A stretch of DNA of 63,479 nucleotides, filler included, from Saprolegnia diclina VS20 (Eukaryota): assembly GCF_000281045.1 (NCBI RefSeq). It is 4 parts of 2 records of this genome, joined end to end, with 100 filler letters (N's around TTAATTAATTAA, not from the genome) between each part and the next. Parts side by side here need not be neighbours in the genome. Positions count along the whole stretch, not along the records: positions 1 to 16,881 come from NW_008246129.1; positions 16,982 to 40,600 come from NW_008246129.1; 2 more parts are not named here. One strand, given 5' to 3'. Of the stretch, positions 11,546-24,046 are shown piece after piece; within the stretch, counting starts at the first letter, position 1, and each line of letters opens with the position of its first letter. A model generated the notes under the pieces. It saw nothing but the letters and a program-made list of their open reading frames with translations, made no database searches and had not been told where the DNA came from. Made by a program: the position numbers and the translations under genes.

Positions 11546-13637
11546 ATGACGACGGCGCTGCACCATGCAATCTGGGTCCACGCCTCGCCGTCGTTCATGC
11601 AAAGTGGCTCATGCTAGCTGCGTAGGACGGCGACTTCCATGCTATTGATGCGCTGCTTCAAGCGGGCGCGGCGAGTGAGCTTCTCGAGGCACGGGATGAG
11701 TCGGGCAATACGCCGCTCATGCTCGCGCTGCGCTGCATACAGCCGACACAGCGGGCCATCGTCCGCCGTCTCCTTGTAAGCACATACATTCTATTACCAA
11801 CGTGGCGAATGACCGAGCGTAGCACCATGGCGCGTCGACACACGCCAGAGACGCGCGCGGATGGACGTGCATGCAGAACGCGGTGCTCTGCGACGACGAT
11901 CGCCTCGTGGCCGAGGTGTTTGTCCACGGTACGAACATCCCACGATACTAATAGTGTCGCGTTGTCCATGACGCATCTGTCTTGTGTGTAGCCGAAAAGC
12001 AAACGCTCGCGCAGCTCACGGCGCGCTCGATCGCCCTCTACAGCGTCTTGCTGTCGATCCCCGACTTTTACGTTGAAATTCGCGTCCGTGGCCGCAACGG
12101 CAACATTGTGCACTCACTTATTGGTACTAGGTGGAGCTCACGTCGTGGGTGCCGCTTGTCTCCAAGGCGCTGCCGTCCGACGTGTTGCGCATTTGGAAAA
12201 AGGGTCCGTTCATCCGCGTCGACTGCAGTCTCAAGGACTTTCAAAATACGTCGTGGAAGCGAGGGCACATGTCCCACCTGTTGCGCACGTCGCCCAACAC
12301 GCGCGGTAGGCTCGAGGTTTGACGACCGCGAAATTGATTTTTCTAGGGCACGTGGCGACCATTGACCGAGAGGCGCACGAGATGTACGACGCAACACGGT
12401 CCATGGAAGACCCCTCGATGGCAGACATTGAAACGGGTCTGCAGCTGCTCTACACGTGCAAGACATCGACGTTCACGAGCGACGTCGCTTCGGTATCTGA
12501 CATTCCTTTGCACTTCGCACCTTGAAAATCCCTGTAGATGGTCTTCCAGCCCAAGAAGAAGCCGCTTTTGCATCTCCAAAAGTCCAAGCGACGCTGGCCC
12601 GGCGTGTACGTGGCCTCTTGTCGATTGGTCTCTATAAGCATTGTATTAGCAAGTACGAGATGCTCCACGCCCGCGTCCACCTCCGCGTCCGGTCGCCGGT
12701 GCAGCCGCACTGGGAGCGTCCGACAACCGCACCGGACGAGCGCTTGACAAAAGCCAACACATTCTTCGCCAAGCTCCACCAGTCAAAGAAAACGAAAAAG
12801 AAGGTGGAAGCGTCGCCCAGCAACAAGCTCGTTTTGGCGGACCAGCCGATGGAGATGCACTTGCAGGTGCTTCCAGGCGACGTGGTGCATTGGCACTACG
12901 ACACCAAGACGCTTGCATCCGTGGCATTCCACGTCACCTTTTGTGCGGCCGAGTCCAGCGACAAGAAGGTCGTCGCTGCCAACGCTCCCAACGGACAGCT
13001 GCAGGCGACGCAGGCAGGTCACGCTGTCTTCTCCTGGGGACGCGCGACGTCGAGTAAGAAGAAATCTGTCTCGGTCACCTACTCGATCGAGCACCAGCGC
13101 CCTGCACCGTCGCCTGCGTCCAGCGCTGCGGCTGCCTCCGACGTGAGCGACGACGAGAGTGCGCTTGCGGTTTTCTATCGGATGCCGCAGCCTCGACAGC
13201 AAGCTACGTCCTTCCAATCGTACTTTCCAACGACGGACGACGGGACGCCGCACGCTCAGCACCGGGCGCTCACCGTACTTCCTTCCGAGTCGCACATGAC
13301 CAAGGACATCCAGGGGACCGTGACAATGGCAGAAGCGTTCCCATTCACGGTAGTCTTCAGTTGCTAAACGTGGCTCATGCTCGCGCAGGTGCAAGACTTT
13401 TTGCCGGTTGCGCAGTTTCTCTCGACTCGGGCCGAGCACTTCGAAAGCCTCCGCGACTTTTTCGAGCTGGTACATATCTTCGTAGAATCCATTGTCTTAT
13501 TGGTGTGGTGCTAGAAACTACCGCCGGGGTTCCCCACCAAGTTTCAAGTCCCGATTCTACTCAGCGTGCGTGCGTCGTACACGTTTGAGAAAGCCGAGGC
13601 GTGCACGGTTGACGACAGCCACTTTGATCTGATCTAG
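11546..13637 (+). CDS. ANKRD13: ANKRD13-family protein (ankyrin + GPCR-chaperone domain) with an inserted GOLD-like domain
   Basis: MTTALHHAIW|...DESGNTPLMLAL ankyrins, then IPDFYVEIR|VELTSWVPLVSKALPSDVLRIWKKG and a C-terminal KLPPGFPTKFQVPI motif, which is typical of ANKRD13. Multi-exon. Confidence 0.85.
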
Positions 13638-13772
13638 TCGACTCTGGTTTTATACTGCATACGACGCACGGGATGGAGTAAACAGTGTCTCCAGGTGAAG
13701 ACGCAGTAGGAACTTTCTCCTTGCAATCCAACGAGCCATCGCAATCTACACATTCTTACGACCCGTTTCTTC

Positions 13773-14439
13773 GATCGGCATGCCACGTTTGGTGGTGAAG
13801 AACAGAGTCCTTCAAAAGTATTCGTTGATAGAACGCAGTGTTGGCCTTCTACCAGGTTGAAGCGGTCGGTTGAATCGGTCTCAACACTTCTACAGTCAAC
13901 CAGGGTGGCTCGAACCGCTGCTAGGGTGGTGGACCCGCCATACCACGAGGCACGGACGAAGACTGCAGCCGCTACATGCATCCAATGTAGAGGGATTGGG
14001 AGCAGCCTTTTTGCATCGACGCTTCAGTTTTAACGCTTTCATTTCACAAAAACGCGCGTTTAAACCCTTGCTGTGGGTTAAACATCGATATCATCGATCC
14101 CCGCGCTAGAAACGGCAGTCTTGTTGACAACCGTGCTCGAGCAATCAATGATGAGGCGGTATTTCGCACGAAATGGTTTTTACCAAGTTGCATGGACGCT
14201 TTTGGGTTAGTTTCGAGGCTCGCACAGGCAGCTCGAGTGGCTCGAGCCGCCGCTCGGGCGATGGACGAGCTAAATCACCAAGCGTGAGTCGCCACGAGTG
14301 AAGATTGTAGCTGCTGCATGCATCCAAAGTTGAGTGATCTGGGGTAACATTTTTCAATCGACGGTGTGGGAATCATTTGTGCGCCCCGGTGCGGTGGTCC
14401 GTGAAGTTGTCGGTGCGGGTTCCGAGCCAATATTGCAGA
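13773..14439. repeat. Dispersed ~667-bp repeat, copy 1
   Basis: 14081-14439 is colinear and nearly identical to 40701-41059. 13773-13819 matches 41058-41104. Confidence 0.9.
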
Positions 14440-14513
14440 CTTGGAGGGCTAAAATATTGGATAGACGGAATTTGTGGTATTAATCGAGATTAACTTTAGT
14501 TTAGGTTTTGAGC

Positions 14514-15344
14514 TTACGGGTCCGTTGTCGACGACGCAGCGGCAATGGCGACTTCATCGTTAGCTAGACGCTGGCGCAGTAACTCCATTTCGTGCTCCAT
14601 GGCTTGGAGTTTCTTCACCATTTCATCAGCGTCAAAATCGGCGTCCTCTGTCGCTTTATCGTTCGGTACTGCCGACTCAACATGCACAGTCCCCGCCTCC
14701 TCGTGTGCGGGCACAGACTCCTCATCACCTGACGATTTTGAGGGGGCAGCGTCGTGCAGCATCGCCTTGTACGCAGCTTTGCATGCTTCGGACGCATGCT
14801 CGAGAACAAAATGGTCGCCAGGATGCAACGCGCTCACTTCGTCGGCGCACTCGTCCGGGTATGGCTTGCCGTGGTGTACCTCGTGCATTGACTCGGTACT
14901 CTCTGGCTCCTCCGGGTCCAATGTCGTGGCGACGACGTGGATCATCGAGGACTCGGTCGTCGGCTTCGCGTGCGTCACCGAAGGCATGAGTTTTTGTGCT
15001 GTGGCAGTGGGAGTCGGCGTGACCGACGTGGACTCGGCGACGTCGAGCTGCGAAGAGGTCACGGCCGAAATACCTTGATCAACCGGCAACGCTAGCTCAG
15101 AGCGTAGGTTGGGTGTCGGTGAGCTGAGCTCGACCCGAGATGGCCAGGCCACAAAGGGCACGAGGCCGACGCACACGACAAACACCGTGACGGCCAGCAA
15201 TTTGAGGTGGCGAGAGCTTTGGTAGTACGACGTCGGCGTGACACTGTCGGAGAGGAGACCGCGTCCAAGCACGGACTTGTCGTCTGAGTAGCCCGAATAG
15301 TCTTCATCGTGCGACGCGGACGACCCCGTGAGCAGTGAGCGCAT
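14514..15344 (-). CDS. Hypothetical type II membrane protein with Ser/Thr-rich stalk and C-terminal coiled coil
   Basis: Intronless 276-aa ORF, single TM (LLAVTVFVVCVGLVPFVAW), low-complexity acidic/Thr-rich region. Confidence 0.7.
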   Translation of the reverse strand: MRSLLTGSSASHDEDYSGYSDDKSVLGRGLLSDSVTPTSYYQSSRHLKLLAVTVFVVCVGLVPFVAWPSRVELSSPTPNLRSELALPVDQGISAVTSSQLDVAESTSVTPTPTATAQKLMPSVTHAKPTTESSMIHVVATTLDPEEPESTESMHEVHHGKPYPDECADEVSALHPGDHFVLEHASEACKAAYKAMLHDAAPSKSSGDEESVPAHEEAGTVHVESAVPNDKATEDADFDADEMVKKLQAMEHEMELLRQRLANDEVAIAAASSTTDP

Positions 15345-15791
15345 CTTGTTAGAGCTTCGTGGCACGTTTAGAAATACGACTGCATAAGATCTGAAGGACG
15401 GCGCCGGTTCGAAAAATTGGGTCGAAGACGCGCGAAATCGAAGGCGACGTCCATCTTCGAAATCTTCCAAAACGGCAGAACGGCACTGTGGAAAGCCAGG
15501 TGGACCTTGAACTGCAACATACGCAGAAGCTCAAGCTGGCACTGCTCTGGCGCTGCATGACGCGATGCAATGAATTCCGGTGTTCAAATCGCATCTTCAA
15601 GTTTAAACTGAAACGAGACCGATGTCGTCATGTACCGGTGAATGAATACGACAATGTGTGAGTGAGGGAAGGAATTTGTCTCCCATTCGCTGCTGCAAAA
15701 CGAAAGCATCATCATCGGGCATCGACTCTATCAGATGCGGTATTGGTATGCTTACTACGCACGATCCCAACTGCCAAGCCCACCAAAATCC

Positions 15792-16371
15792 NNNNNNNNN
15801 NNNNNNNNNNNNNNNNNNNNNNNNNNNNNNNNNNNNNNNNNNNNNNNNNNNNNNNNNNNNNNNNNNNNNNNNNNNNNNNNNNNNNNNNNNNNNNNNNNNN
15901 NNNNNNNNNNNNNNNNNNNNNNNNNNNNNNNNNNNNNNNNNNNNNNNNNNNNNNNNNNNNNNNNNNNNNNNNNNNNNNNNNNNNNNNNNNNNNNNNNNNN
16001 NNNNNNNNNNNNNNNNNNNNNNNNNNNNNNNNNNNNNNNNNNNNNNNNNNNNNNNNNNNNNNNNNNNNNNNNNNNNNNNNNNNNNNNNNNNNNNNNNNNN
16101 NNNNNNNNNNNNNNNNNNNNNNNNNNNNNNNNNNNNNNNNNNNNNNNNNNNNNNNNNNNNNNNNNNNNNNNNNNNNNNNNNNNNNNNNNNNNNNNNNNNN
16201 NNNNNNNNNNNNNNNNNNNNNNNNNNNNNNNNNNNNNNNNNNNNNNNNNNNNNNNNNNNNNNNNNNNNNNNNNNNNNNNNNNNNNNNNNNNNNNNNNNNN
16301 NNNNNNNNNNNNNNNNNNNNNNNNNNNNNNNNNNNNNNNNNNNNNNNNNNNNNNNNNNNNNNNNNNNNNNN
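15792..16371. other. Assembly gap
   Basis: Run of Ns. Confidence 0.99.
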
Positions 16372-16881
16372 GAGGAGGCAAATGAGAGAATGAAAGGACA
16401 TCGTCCAAGTGGACGAAGTGCGGGGCGCTGCAACCGAACTCTTGTCGTCCGCCCGTTGCTGTTTATGCATACAAGGCCAGTCGCGTGACTGAGTTTAAAC
16501 GGGCGACTAGAATACGTCTCCCTTGGTTTCAAGTACAACACACCTGAGTCTGTGTTGCGTGACCACGACTTTCTTGCGCCGTTGTCCGACCCAAAACATG
16601 TGTTTTGGATCTGGTCCACGCGGGACACTTCGGGAATATGGCCCCTGACACGTCCGCATCATGGCCTCTCTTCGCAACGACTAGTACAGAAAGCTATACC
16701 AGGCTCTCTAGTTCTACTACCTCTTGAGGACCGCAAGTCAGTGTATAATTATAATCGATCTCGATATATGAGTGCAGAAACGAAATGGACCTCATATATA
16801 CTCTAGTCCTTCACAAGGCATACACGACTAGTTTTAGATTGTGTGGTGTACTGTTATGGAACTCGATAATGCTTGGGCAAA

Positions 16882-16981
16882 NNNNNNNNNNNNNNNNNNN
16901 NNNNNNNNNNNNNNNNNNNNNNNNNTTAATTAATTAANNNNNNNNNNNNNNNNNNNNNNNNNNNNNNNNNNNNNNNNNNNN
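16882..16981. other. Artificial contig join (Ns with TTAATTAATTAA spacer at 16926-16937)
   Basis: 100-nt block carrying a six-frame stop spacer. Confidence 0.95.
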
Positions 16982-17053
16982 GGAAGGCCGACCAGCAGCA
17001 TCTGTTCGAGTCTTTGTGTGATATGCAATTATCCTATTGCAAGCGTTGCGGCA

Positions 17054-18109
17054 ATGCGCGCGACGCGGGTGCTGCACACTGGCAGCAACGTCGGCCTCGC
17101 CGACTACATGCTCGTACCGTACACGCTGGCCCTGACCATGTCGTCAACAATGGCGCTCGTGACATGCGTCGTCGTCTTCAAGTGGACCAATGTCAAACAA
17201 CACGCGAGCCAAGGCGCCCTCTTCATGTTCTTTGCGTGCACCGTCGTGTGGTCGGCCGTCACGTTTGTCGGCTGCATCGCCAAGTACCTCGACCGCCGCG
17301 AGACGAATTGGGACAACTCGCTGACAAAGTATACGTTCCTCGTCGCACAAATCTTCCAGGTCGGGGCCGGGCTCTGGCTTCTCGTCGCTGTCCACGAGAT
17401 CAAGCGCATGGTCTTCGCGCCGCGCTCGGCTGCCAACAGCAAGCGCGCTATGCGCTTCTTCGTCGCTAGCATCTACGTCGTTTTGTGTCTCTATGGTCTG
17501 GGCATGATCCTCTACGTCAGGCTGCACTTTGGGGCTGACGACGACCATGACGACGACCATGTCGATGAACATGATGATCCCAACAGTGCGGGCTTCGGTC
17601 ATGAAAGACAGCTCAACTTTTTCGAGGCGCTACAGTGGGGTCACAGTCTACTGCGCATGGCCACGGTTCTGTACCCGATCGGCATGAGTCTCTACTTTCA
17701 CGCGCGCCGGTTCGACATCGAGCGTGACGGCGAGCGTAGCAAGATCTCGCTCCGTCAAGTGCAGGTAATCGGGCTCCTCAATGCAATTGCGACCGTGCCG
17801 ATATGCCTCACCGAGACAAGCCATTACCATACACTCAACGTCTTCGTGCAGCTTGCGCAGTTTTTGTACTACCTTTCCGGCGCCGTGTCGTCGCTCGCCG
17901 TCGGCTACTTTCTCCCGCGCTTTCAAGATCTCGCTCCGTCAAGTGCAGGTAATCGGGCTCCTCAATGCAATTGCGACCGTGCCGATATGACTCACCGAGA
18001 CAAGCCATTACCATTCGCTCAACGTCTTCGTGCAGCTTGCGCAGTTTTTGTACTACCTTTCCGGCGCCGTGTCGTCGCTCGCCGTCGGCTACTTTCTCCC
18101 GCGCTTTGA
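17054..18109 (+). CDS. 7-TM GPCR-like membrane protein, C-terminus altered by a 184-bp duplication
   Basis: About seven hydrophobic helices in ORF 17018-18109. The original C-terminus (DKLLQTPR...ETRQ*, ending 18206) is out of frame after the duplication. Confidence 0.7.
   Translation: MRATRVLHTGSNVGLADYMLVPYTLALTMSSTMALVTCVVVFKWTNVKQHASQGALFMFFACTVVWSAVTFVGCIAKYLDRRETNWDNSLTKYTFLVAQIFQVGAGLWLLVAVHEIKRMVFAPRSAANSKRAMRFFVASIYVVLCLYGLGMILYVRLHFGADDDHDDDHVDEHDDPNSAGFGHERQLNFFEALQWGHSLLRMATVLYPIGMSLYFHARRFDIERDGERSKISLRQVQVIGLLNAIATVPICLTETSHYHTLNVFVQLAQFLYYLSGAVSSLAVGYFLPRFQDLAPSSAGNRAPQCNCDRADMTHRDKPLPFAQRLRAACAVFVLPFRRRVVARRRLLSPAL
17740..18107 (+). repeat. Tandem direct duplication, 2 x 184 bp
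   Basis: 17740-17923 and 17924-18107 differ at about 3 positions. Confidence 0.95.
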
Positions 18110-18249
18110 CAAGCTCCTCCAGACGCCACGGTCGTCTGCTGCTGTTTCCTGCGTGAGCTCTCCACCGTCATCGGAGGGAATTTATATTCTGGAAACGCGG
18201 CAGTAATAGCATTTGAAATCCATAGCACGCAAAAGAGTCCGAAAGTGGC

Positions 18250-19884
18250 TTAGGCATCAAAGTCTTCGTCGTCCGGAATCGAGCCTTCAATCGTCCGCAG
18301 AACCATGCGCTGGCGGAAAAAAGCCATGTTGCGCTGGCGAAACGAAAGTGCCTACTGCACGCGTTAGACGATGGCATTGACAAAGAGACGGGACCTTGTT
18401 TTGCGCAATGTAGTCAGCAAACATGCATGTGAACATCCCGCAGTCGTGCGAGTTGCCTTGCTGCGGCGTATCGGGCTGCGATGGAAGCAGCTCCCACCCA
18501 GTGGTGTCGAACGGCGACCCTTTCTTGTGCTGGTGCTCATCGCCAAGATATCTGTGGTACTAGTGTTAGCACTCGCGACCGTGGGCTACATACCGAAGCA
18601 ACACCGAAAGGCACTCGGTGCCAGCACCATTCATCGAGTCATAGTACTGGATGCGTTTCTCCGTGACGTAGATGACGGCCAAGCACCAGTGCACCTAGCT
18701 CAATCGTAGTGAATTGTGATTGTCCCATGGAAGTTGAGCAAACATTGCAGATGTTGACAGGGATGAAGACCTTATCCATGGCGAAGAGGTCCAGCTACGC
18801 AACGTGGGTTTCAGTTTTGTACACCGAGATGTCGAGAGTCGTGCCTTTCGCGTCCACCGGCGAACGTTGATAAAGTTGTAGCCGTCTTCCGAGACCTTGG
18901 AGAAAAAGAACGAGTTGAAGAAGTGGCTGCCTGGAATGCCGAGCGCAGCGCTCACATGCACGTCGCGCTCCGCGAGCATTTGAAAGTAAAAGTTGATGAT
19001 CTACACGCCCATCTGTGACTTCAGGAATTCAAGGAGCGATTCGACCTCGTCGTTGAGCCACTGGCCCGGGCGGAGGCACTGAATGAGGGCGCGGGTGATG
19101 TCGACGTTGAACTTCTGGCACAGAACTTTGTTCGAAGGACCGCTTGAGAGCGCGTCTTTAACGGTCTGTTCGTCTTCTTCTGAAAGCGCAAGGTCGGGGC
19201 CCTCATCACGAATCTCGTCGATCACGTGGTCGAACATGTCGTCGAGCTCTTCCGCGATGACCTCGTCGAGGAGGACAGCCCACTGCCGCTTCGCAACCCA
19301 CGCATCGTGCGCCTTTTCGATCGCACCAGATTCACGCTCGAGGCGGTACGAAGCAAGCTGGGCCTCGATTTCCGAAATCTCGCACGTTTGACCTTGTCGC
19401 GTCGACGAGTAGTTTGTCATCTCGTCATCCAGGACGCGGTGGAGCTTGCGCATGACCTGGCGCTCGAGTGGGCGGGATGGTGCGGCGCCAGATTGCGACG
19501 TCTTGCGGTGCGGTAGTTGCTTCATTGTGATGGCAAGCTGCCGAAGCAAGTCTTGGTTGTGCTGCTTCACAATCTGGACGCCGAACGGGTCCTTCGACGG
19601 CCGCACGAGCGTCGCAACCTTCTTCTTCACGACAAATTCATCGCGGTACTCTGTCGGGATCGCACCGTGGAGCAGCTTCCAGTAGTCGTGGCGACTGAGC
19701 TTTGCCTTGGACGCCCGCCGTTCTACGCCCATGTAGCTCGCGACGGTGGCGCTTTCACTGGCAGATATCGCTCTATCAAGACGGCGCTCGAGGCGCCATG
19801 CGTCCGCTTCCGCCGTGGCACACTAAAGAAATCCTCACTCATGGACTGTCGTGGCTCCCATGCTGCTCGTACCTCCGCAGCCAT
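18250..19884 (-). CDS. SUMO-specific protease (Ulp1/SENP1-like, peptidase C48)
   Basis: CLRPGQWLNDEV|IINFY, FNSFFFSK, VRRWTRK, HWCLAVI...IQYYDSM and PQQGNSHDCGMF motifs give the His/Asp/Cys triad. Multi-exon. Confidence 0.92.
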
Positions 19885-20165
19885 TTCGCTGCCCGGGATT
19901 CTGTGGCGAGCTCTATCCGGAATACCGCTCCAGCATCCGGTAGCTAGAAATGCAGTAAAATTACAGGTAAAACTATGCAATTTCCGAAATCTAGAAGAGA
20001 AAAATACTGGAAACCGCCACGGACGGAAGAACTCTCTCGAAGAGGATGCTCCAACTTCTCCACGTTTTGTCCCTCAATCTTTCAAGGTGAGAAAGTCACA
20101 GGAATTGAGCAAGTGCTATATAGAAAAAGGTCACGAGCAAGGTTCAATCAAAACGCCTGGGCCAG

Positions 20166-22693
20166 TTAAGCCACATAGCTGTAGAGCCGGCGGTCAGACT
20201 GGCTCCGCGTCAGGTATTCGCGCTCGATGAGACTTTCAATGCGCCGCTTGACAAGCTGAGGCGAAGGCACGAATCGTGTAGCGAGCTGTCGGGTCACTTC
20301 GGCCATAAGGTTGTTATGTTGCATCGACTTGCGAGTCTTCATGATGCGCACAATGGCCGCTTCAATGAGATGCTTGCGGTCCTCGGCGACCGTCGACGGA
20401 AGCTCGTCACTGACCGTGACGCTGGCGGGCGCATCCCCCGAGCTATCTTTGAGCGACACGAGTGGAATGCGCACCTTGTGGAGCTTCGACTTGTACTCGT
20501 GATTGACACCAAAGCAGTCGTCGTCGTCAATACCCTTGCCTCGCGACGACTTGGTGAGGATTCGAAACTTGGGTGTGCAGAGCGAAATCAAGTGACGCTT
20601 GAGCTCGGACGGCTCGATGTTGGTCGCAGCTGCAATGTCTCGGTACGTCATGTTCTCGCGGTCGTTGAAGAGCACGAGAATGCACATCTGGTACGTCGAG
20701 ACCGTGAGCTCGTGGCGCTGGACGTTGGGTCCTACACAAGAGCGAAATTTGCATTTATATACGTGTGAAACGTTGTACCAGAACCGAAGACTGCTTTGAC
20801 ATCGGCAGAGCCCATGTTGTAGAGCCAGTTGAGCTTCCGGCCGTTGTGGCGGCCAAAATAAAACGACTCGAAGCGGTGAATCCACGCGCGGATCTCCAGT
20901 GGTGCAACGAGACCTGTCGAGAGGCAATTTTCCGTCGGCCAAAAGCCCGTCGTGAGCACTTGGACCTGCAGCGTCTGCGAGTGCTTCTTGAACCCGTCCA
21001 TGAGATCCTTCGTCATCGCCATGTCTTTGAACATGCCCTCGAGCTTGGACGTAAACTGATAGCCGCACTCGGCCTTGAGCTTGGAGATCACCATCTTCTC
21101 GGCCTCGTCCGACGAACCCTTGGCGTTGAGTAGGCGCTTCGAGAGGAGACGCTTGTAGTACTCCTCGAAGACGTCCTTGTCGCTGAGGAAGCGAAATAGC
21201 CCAATAACCTTGTCGACTTGAAATTCCAAATCGTTGTCGTAGCGAGACTTGGACTTGAGGAGATCATCGAGGAACTGTGCGAGCATGAACGCGCACGTCC
21301 GCGTTGTGTTGAGAAAGGCTTCAAACCTTTGCCGTCGCGTTAGCGTATGATGGCACATGGAACGATGACGTACCCGCGCTGAATGCACTTGTAGAACGCC
21401 TTGTCGTCGCCCCAGCACTGCGTCAAGAACATTGCAAACTTGTCCTTCAGTACCAAGACGGCCTGGACAAACTGCACGGCGCCTTCGGACGGCTGGTGTT
21501 GGTTCAACTGCGTCTGGATCAAGTCGAGACCCGTCGACTTGATGTAGTTTGTGCAGCAGGACCCGATCTCTTCGAGTGCTGACGGCGGGGCGCGCTTGAA
21601 GAGGACGTACATGCGTCGCAGGTCTACAATTGTGCAATTGACAAATACAACATAAAAGCATCGGTTCAAAGGTAATACCATCGATGCGATCTTCGCGAAA
21701 CATGGCCACGCACCCCGAGCCTTCCATTTCGACCAAAGCTTTTGCGTGGTTCTCAATGAGTTCGCGCTCGACAATTGCCTTGAGCTTTGCCTCCGTCGAG
21801 GCATTGAGGTACTGCAACACGCGGTTGTGCTCTTCCGAGAGGCGCTTGTCGGCCTTTTGCATAAAATCGGGGCACGTGTTTTGGTCCAGAAGTCGCTGGG
21901 CCTCGGCGTTGTAGAAGGCCGCCGTCGTGCGGAGGAACTCGGTTTCGAAATCGTCTTCGTACACCTGGTCAATGCATTAGTCGTCAAAGTGCGACCATGG
22001 TGTTCTCAAGTACCGTGTTCGTGTGGAGACCCAAGTCCACGAGCATGCTCAAGATGCCCTTCATTATCCCACGGTCGATGAGCTCGCCATTGCGCTCGTT
22101 TTCGATGTTTTGGAGAAGCATCCATCGCAGCCGATCCTTGACCTATGCGGATTTGGTTCCTCACGCATATGAGCATGAGATGGACTACATACGTTCGGGT
22201 GACGGGCAATCGTATCCCGGAAGAGGAGCAAGCCCATATCGTAGATCGGGACCTTGCGCTTTCCGGGTACGTACGTGCGATCCATGTACATCAAGATATC
22301 GCGAATCATGGTCATCGTGATTGTATGGTCCGTCCAAGTTGCGTAGAGCTCGAGCAGAAGCGATTCGTCCGGTGCTTGGATCACGCGGTCAGCGAGTTGA
22401 ACGAGATGCTCCGTGACGCACTCGACGACGCCCGCGTAAAGCATGTCTCCGTGCTTGTGCAGCACCATGTTGTATGAGTTCCTACGCATACGGGGGTTCG
22501 TTCACAGAAGCGGATAAAGAGACGCATGCTCGTACCGGTAGAGCTCCTCGAACGAGAGGAGCGACGCGTTGTGGCCATGGATCTCCTTGATAGCGCATCG
22601 GAGGGCCTGCCATGTCTCCTTGGCCTTCGTGACATCCATGCCCACGTTGCTGCGGAAGGGCTTCACGACGAACTTCTTGCGCCCGGCTTCCAT
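20166..22693 (-). CDS. CUL3: Cullin-3
   Basis: NASLLSFEELYR|NSYNMVLHKHG, MIRDILMYMDRTYV, KLKAECGYQFTSKLEGMFKDM and the neddylation domain IEAAIVRIMKTRK...KRRIESLIEREYL. Confidence 0.95.
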
Positions 22694-24046
22694 CGTCGTC
22701 GGTCCCTGTCGTCCGTCCCCTGTGCGCGATCTATGCGAGTGCTCGGAAAATGTGGGCAAAGGCAATACCTTTAAGAATTGATACAGCTTGGTCGCCTGGT
22801 GCCTGGCAAAGTCAATATCTTCGAATGGCTGTATCGGATCCACTGTTGTGTGTGGTGCTGCCAAGAAAGGCTCATCGTTCATGGCACAGCATGATTTCCA
22901 AGGAGTGGCTCGTGCTGCGTAGGAAGGGTGGTAAAGCCCCCATGATCCAATAACCGGCAGTGCTTACACGGACAAAGCTGCAAACCCGAGAGTCCAGTAC
23001 ATCGAAAACGTAGGCTGACTGAGCTTTGACAAGGAATTGCTATCAACTGTTTGCGCACTATGGCTATCAACCTGATGCGCACCACACTCGCAATCGTTTA
23101 ATTTGCGGCACAGCAACGATTTCCTAACAAGTTGTAAAGGTGTACCTGAAGAGAAGACTATGTTGTGATTCACAACAGGGTCTTCTTGTCTTACCACTAC
23201 TGTACTGTATTCTTATAATATTTCGCGATATTTCGCGCTACAGCACAGCGCAGCAGTGCGTCGTTCACTTCTTCTTTGACAAGGTCGCGAAGAGCAACGT
23301 AAATGTCGACCGATCGTGACCATCGTGCTCTGAATCGTTTGTTTCCAAAACATCGTTTCAAAGTCGGGCAAATCAATCACAAGGTTCTGCACGCGTGAAA
23401 ATAGTCGAAGCCATGCTATTTCACGGAAGAAAATTAGAGTTTCGTGGCGAATTCCTACCTGGGTGTGGTGACGAACTTAACGGCGAAAACTTTCAAGTGC
23501 ATGCGACACATGAGCCTGCCGAATGTATTCTAGGCAAAACCATGTCTCATTCGGTGCCATTTAACGCGAGACTTTCGAAACACTTTGCCGGGACTTTCTT
23601 GAAATGTGGAGATACGGAGCGCATTGTAGCTCATCCCGACGAGCCACCGCAACGCGTCGCAGTCGTACGTCGCAGGGCCGCCTTTGCGTCATCAAACATG
23701 AGCGCATCTTGCATGAGTGTCATTACCTCTAGAGCCGTCGCTGTTCCGATGCCTACCAATAGGAGTCGATGCAAGTGGCCCTAAAGATGACCCGCAAAGA
23801 AAGGTATCGCCTCTGGGGCCGAGACCGGTGGACTGCACCCTGAACTGCACCTGCGCGAGCGCAGCCGGATTCCCGAAGCCTACAGTGTACTTGTCGATGC
23901 GCCGATCACTTCCGTGCCATCAAAGCGACCAGGATCCGGATAAAGATAGACAGCGCTAGGGTATGGTATACAAAAACGAAGAGTCGATGGGTCGAGTGAC
24001 TAGATTGGGCCATACACAGTTTCGATATCCAAGGCAGAGGAGAACG

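Noticed and set aside
14140..14345. U3/C-D snoRNA reading of the dispersed repeat (ATGATGA, AGCGTGA)
   Set aside because: No box A/A', no properly placed D box or terminal stem, and homology extends well beyond the motif region.
8005..16628. Long ORFs containing X runs
   Set aside because: Artefacts of translating through N gaps.
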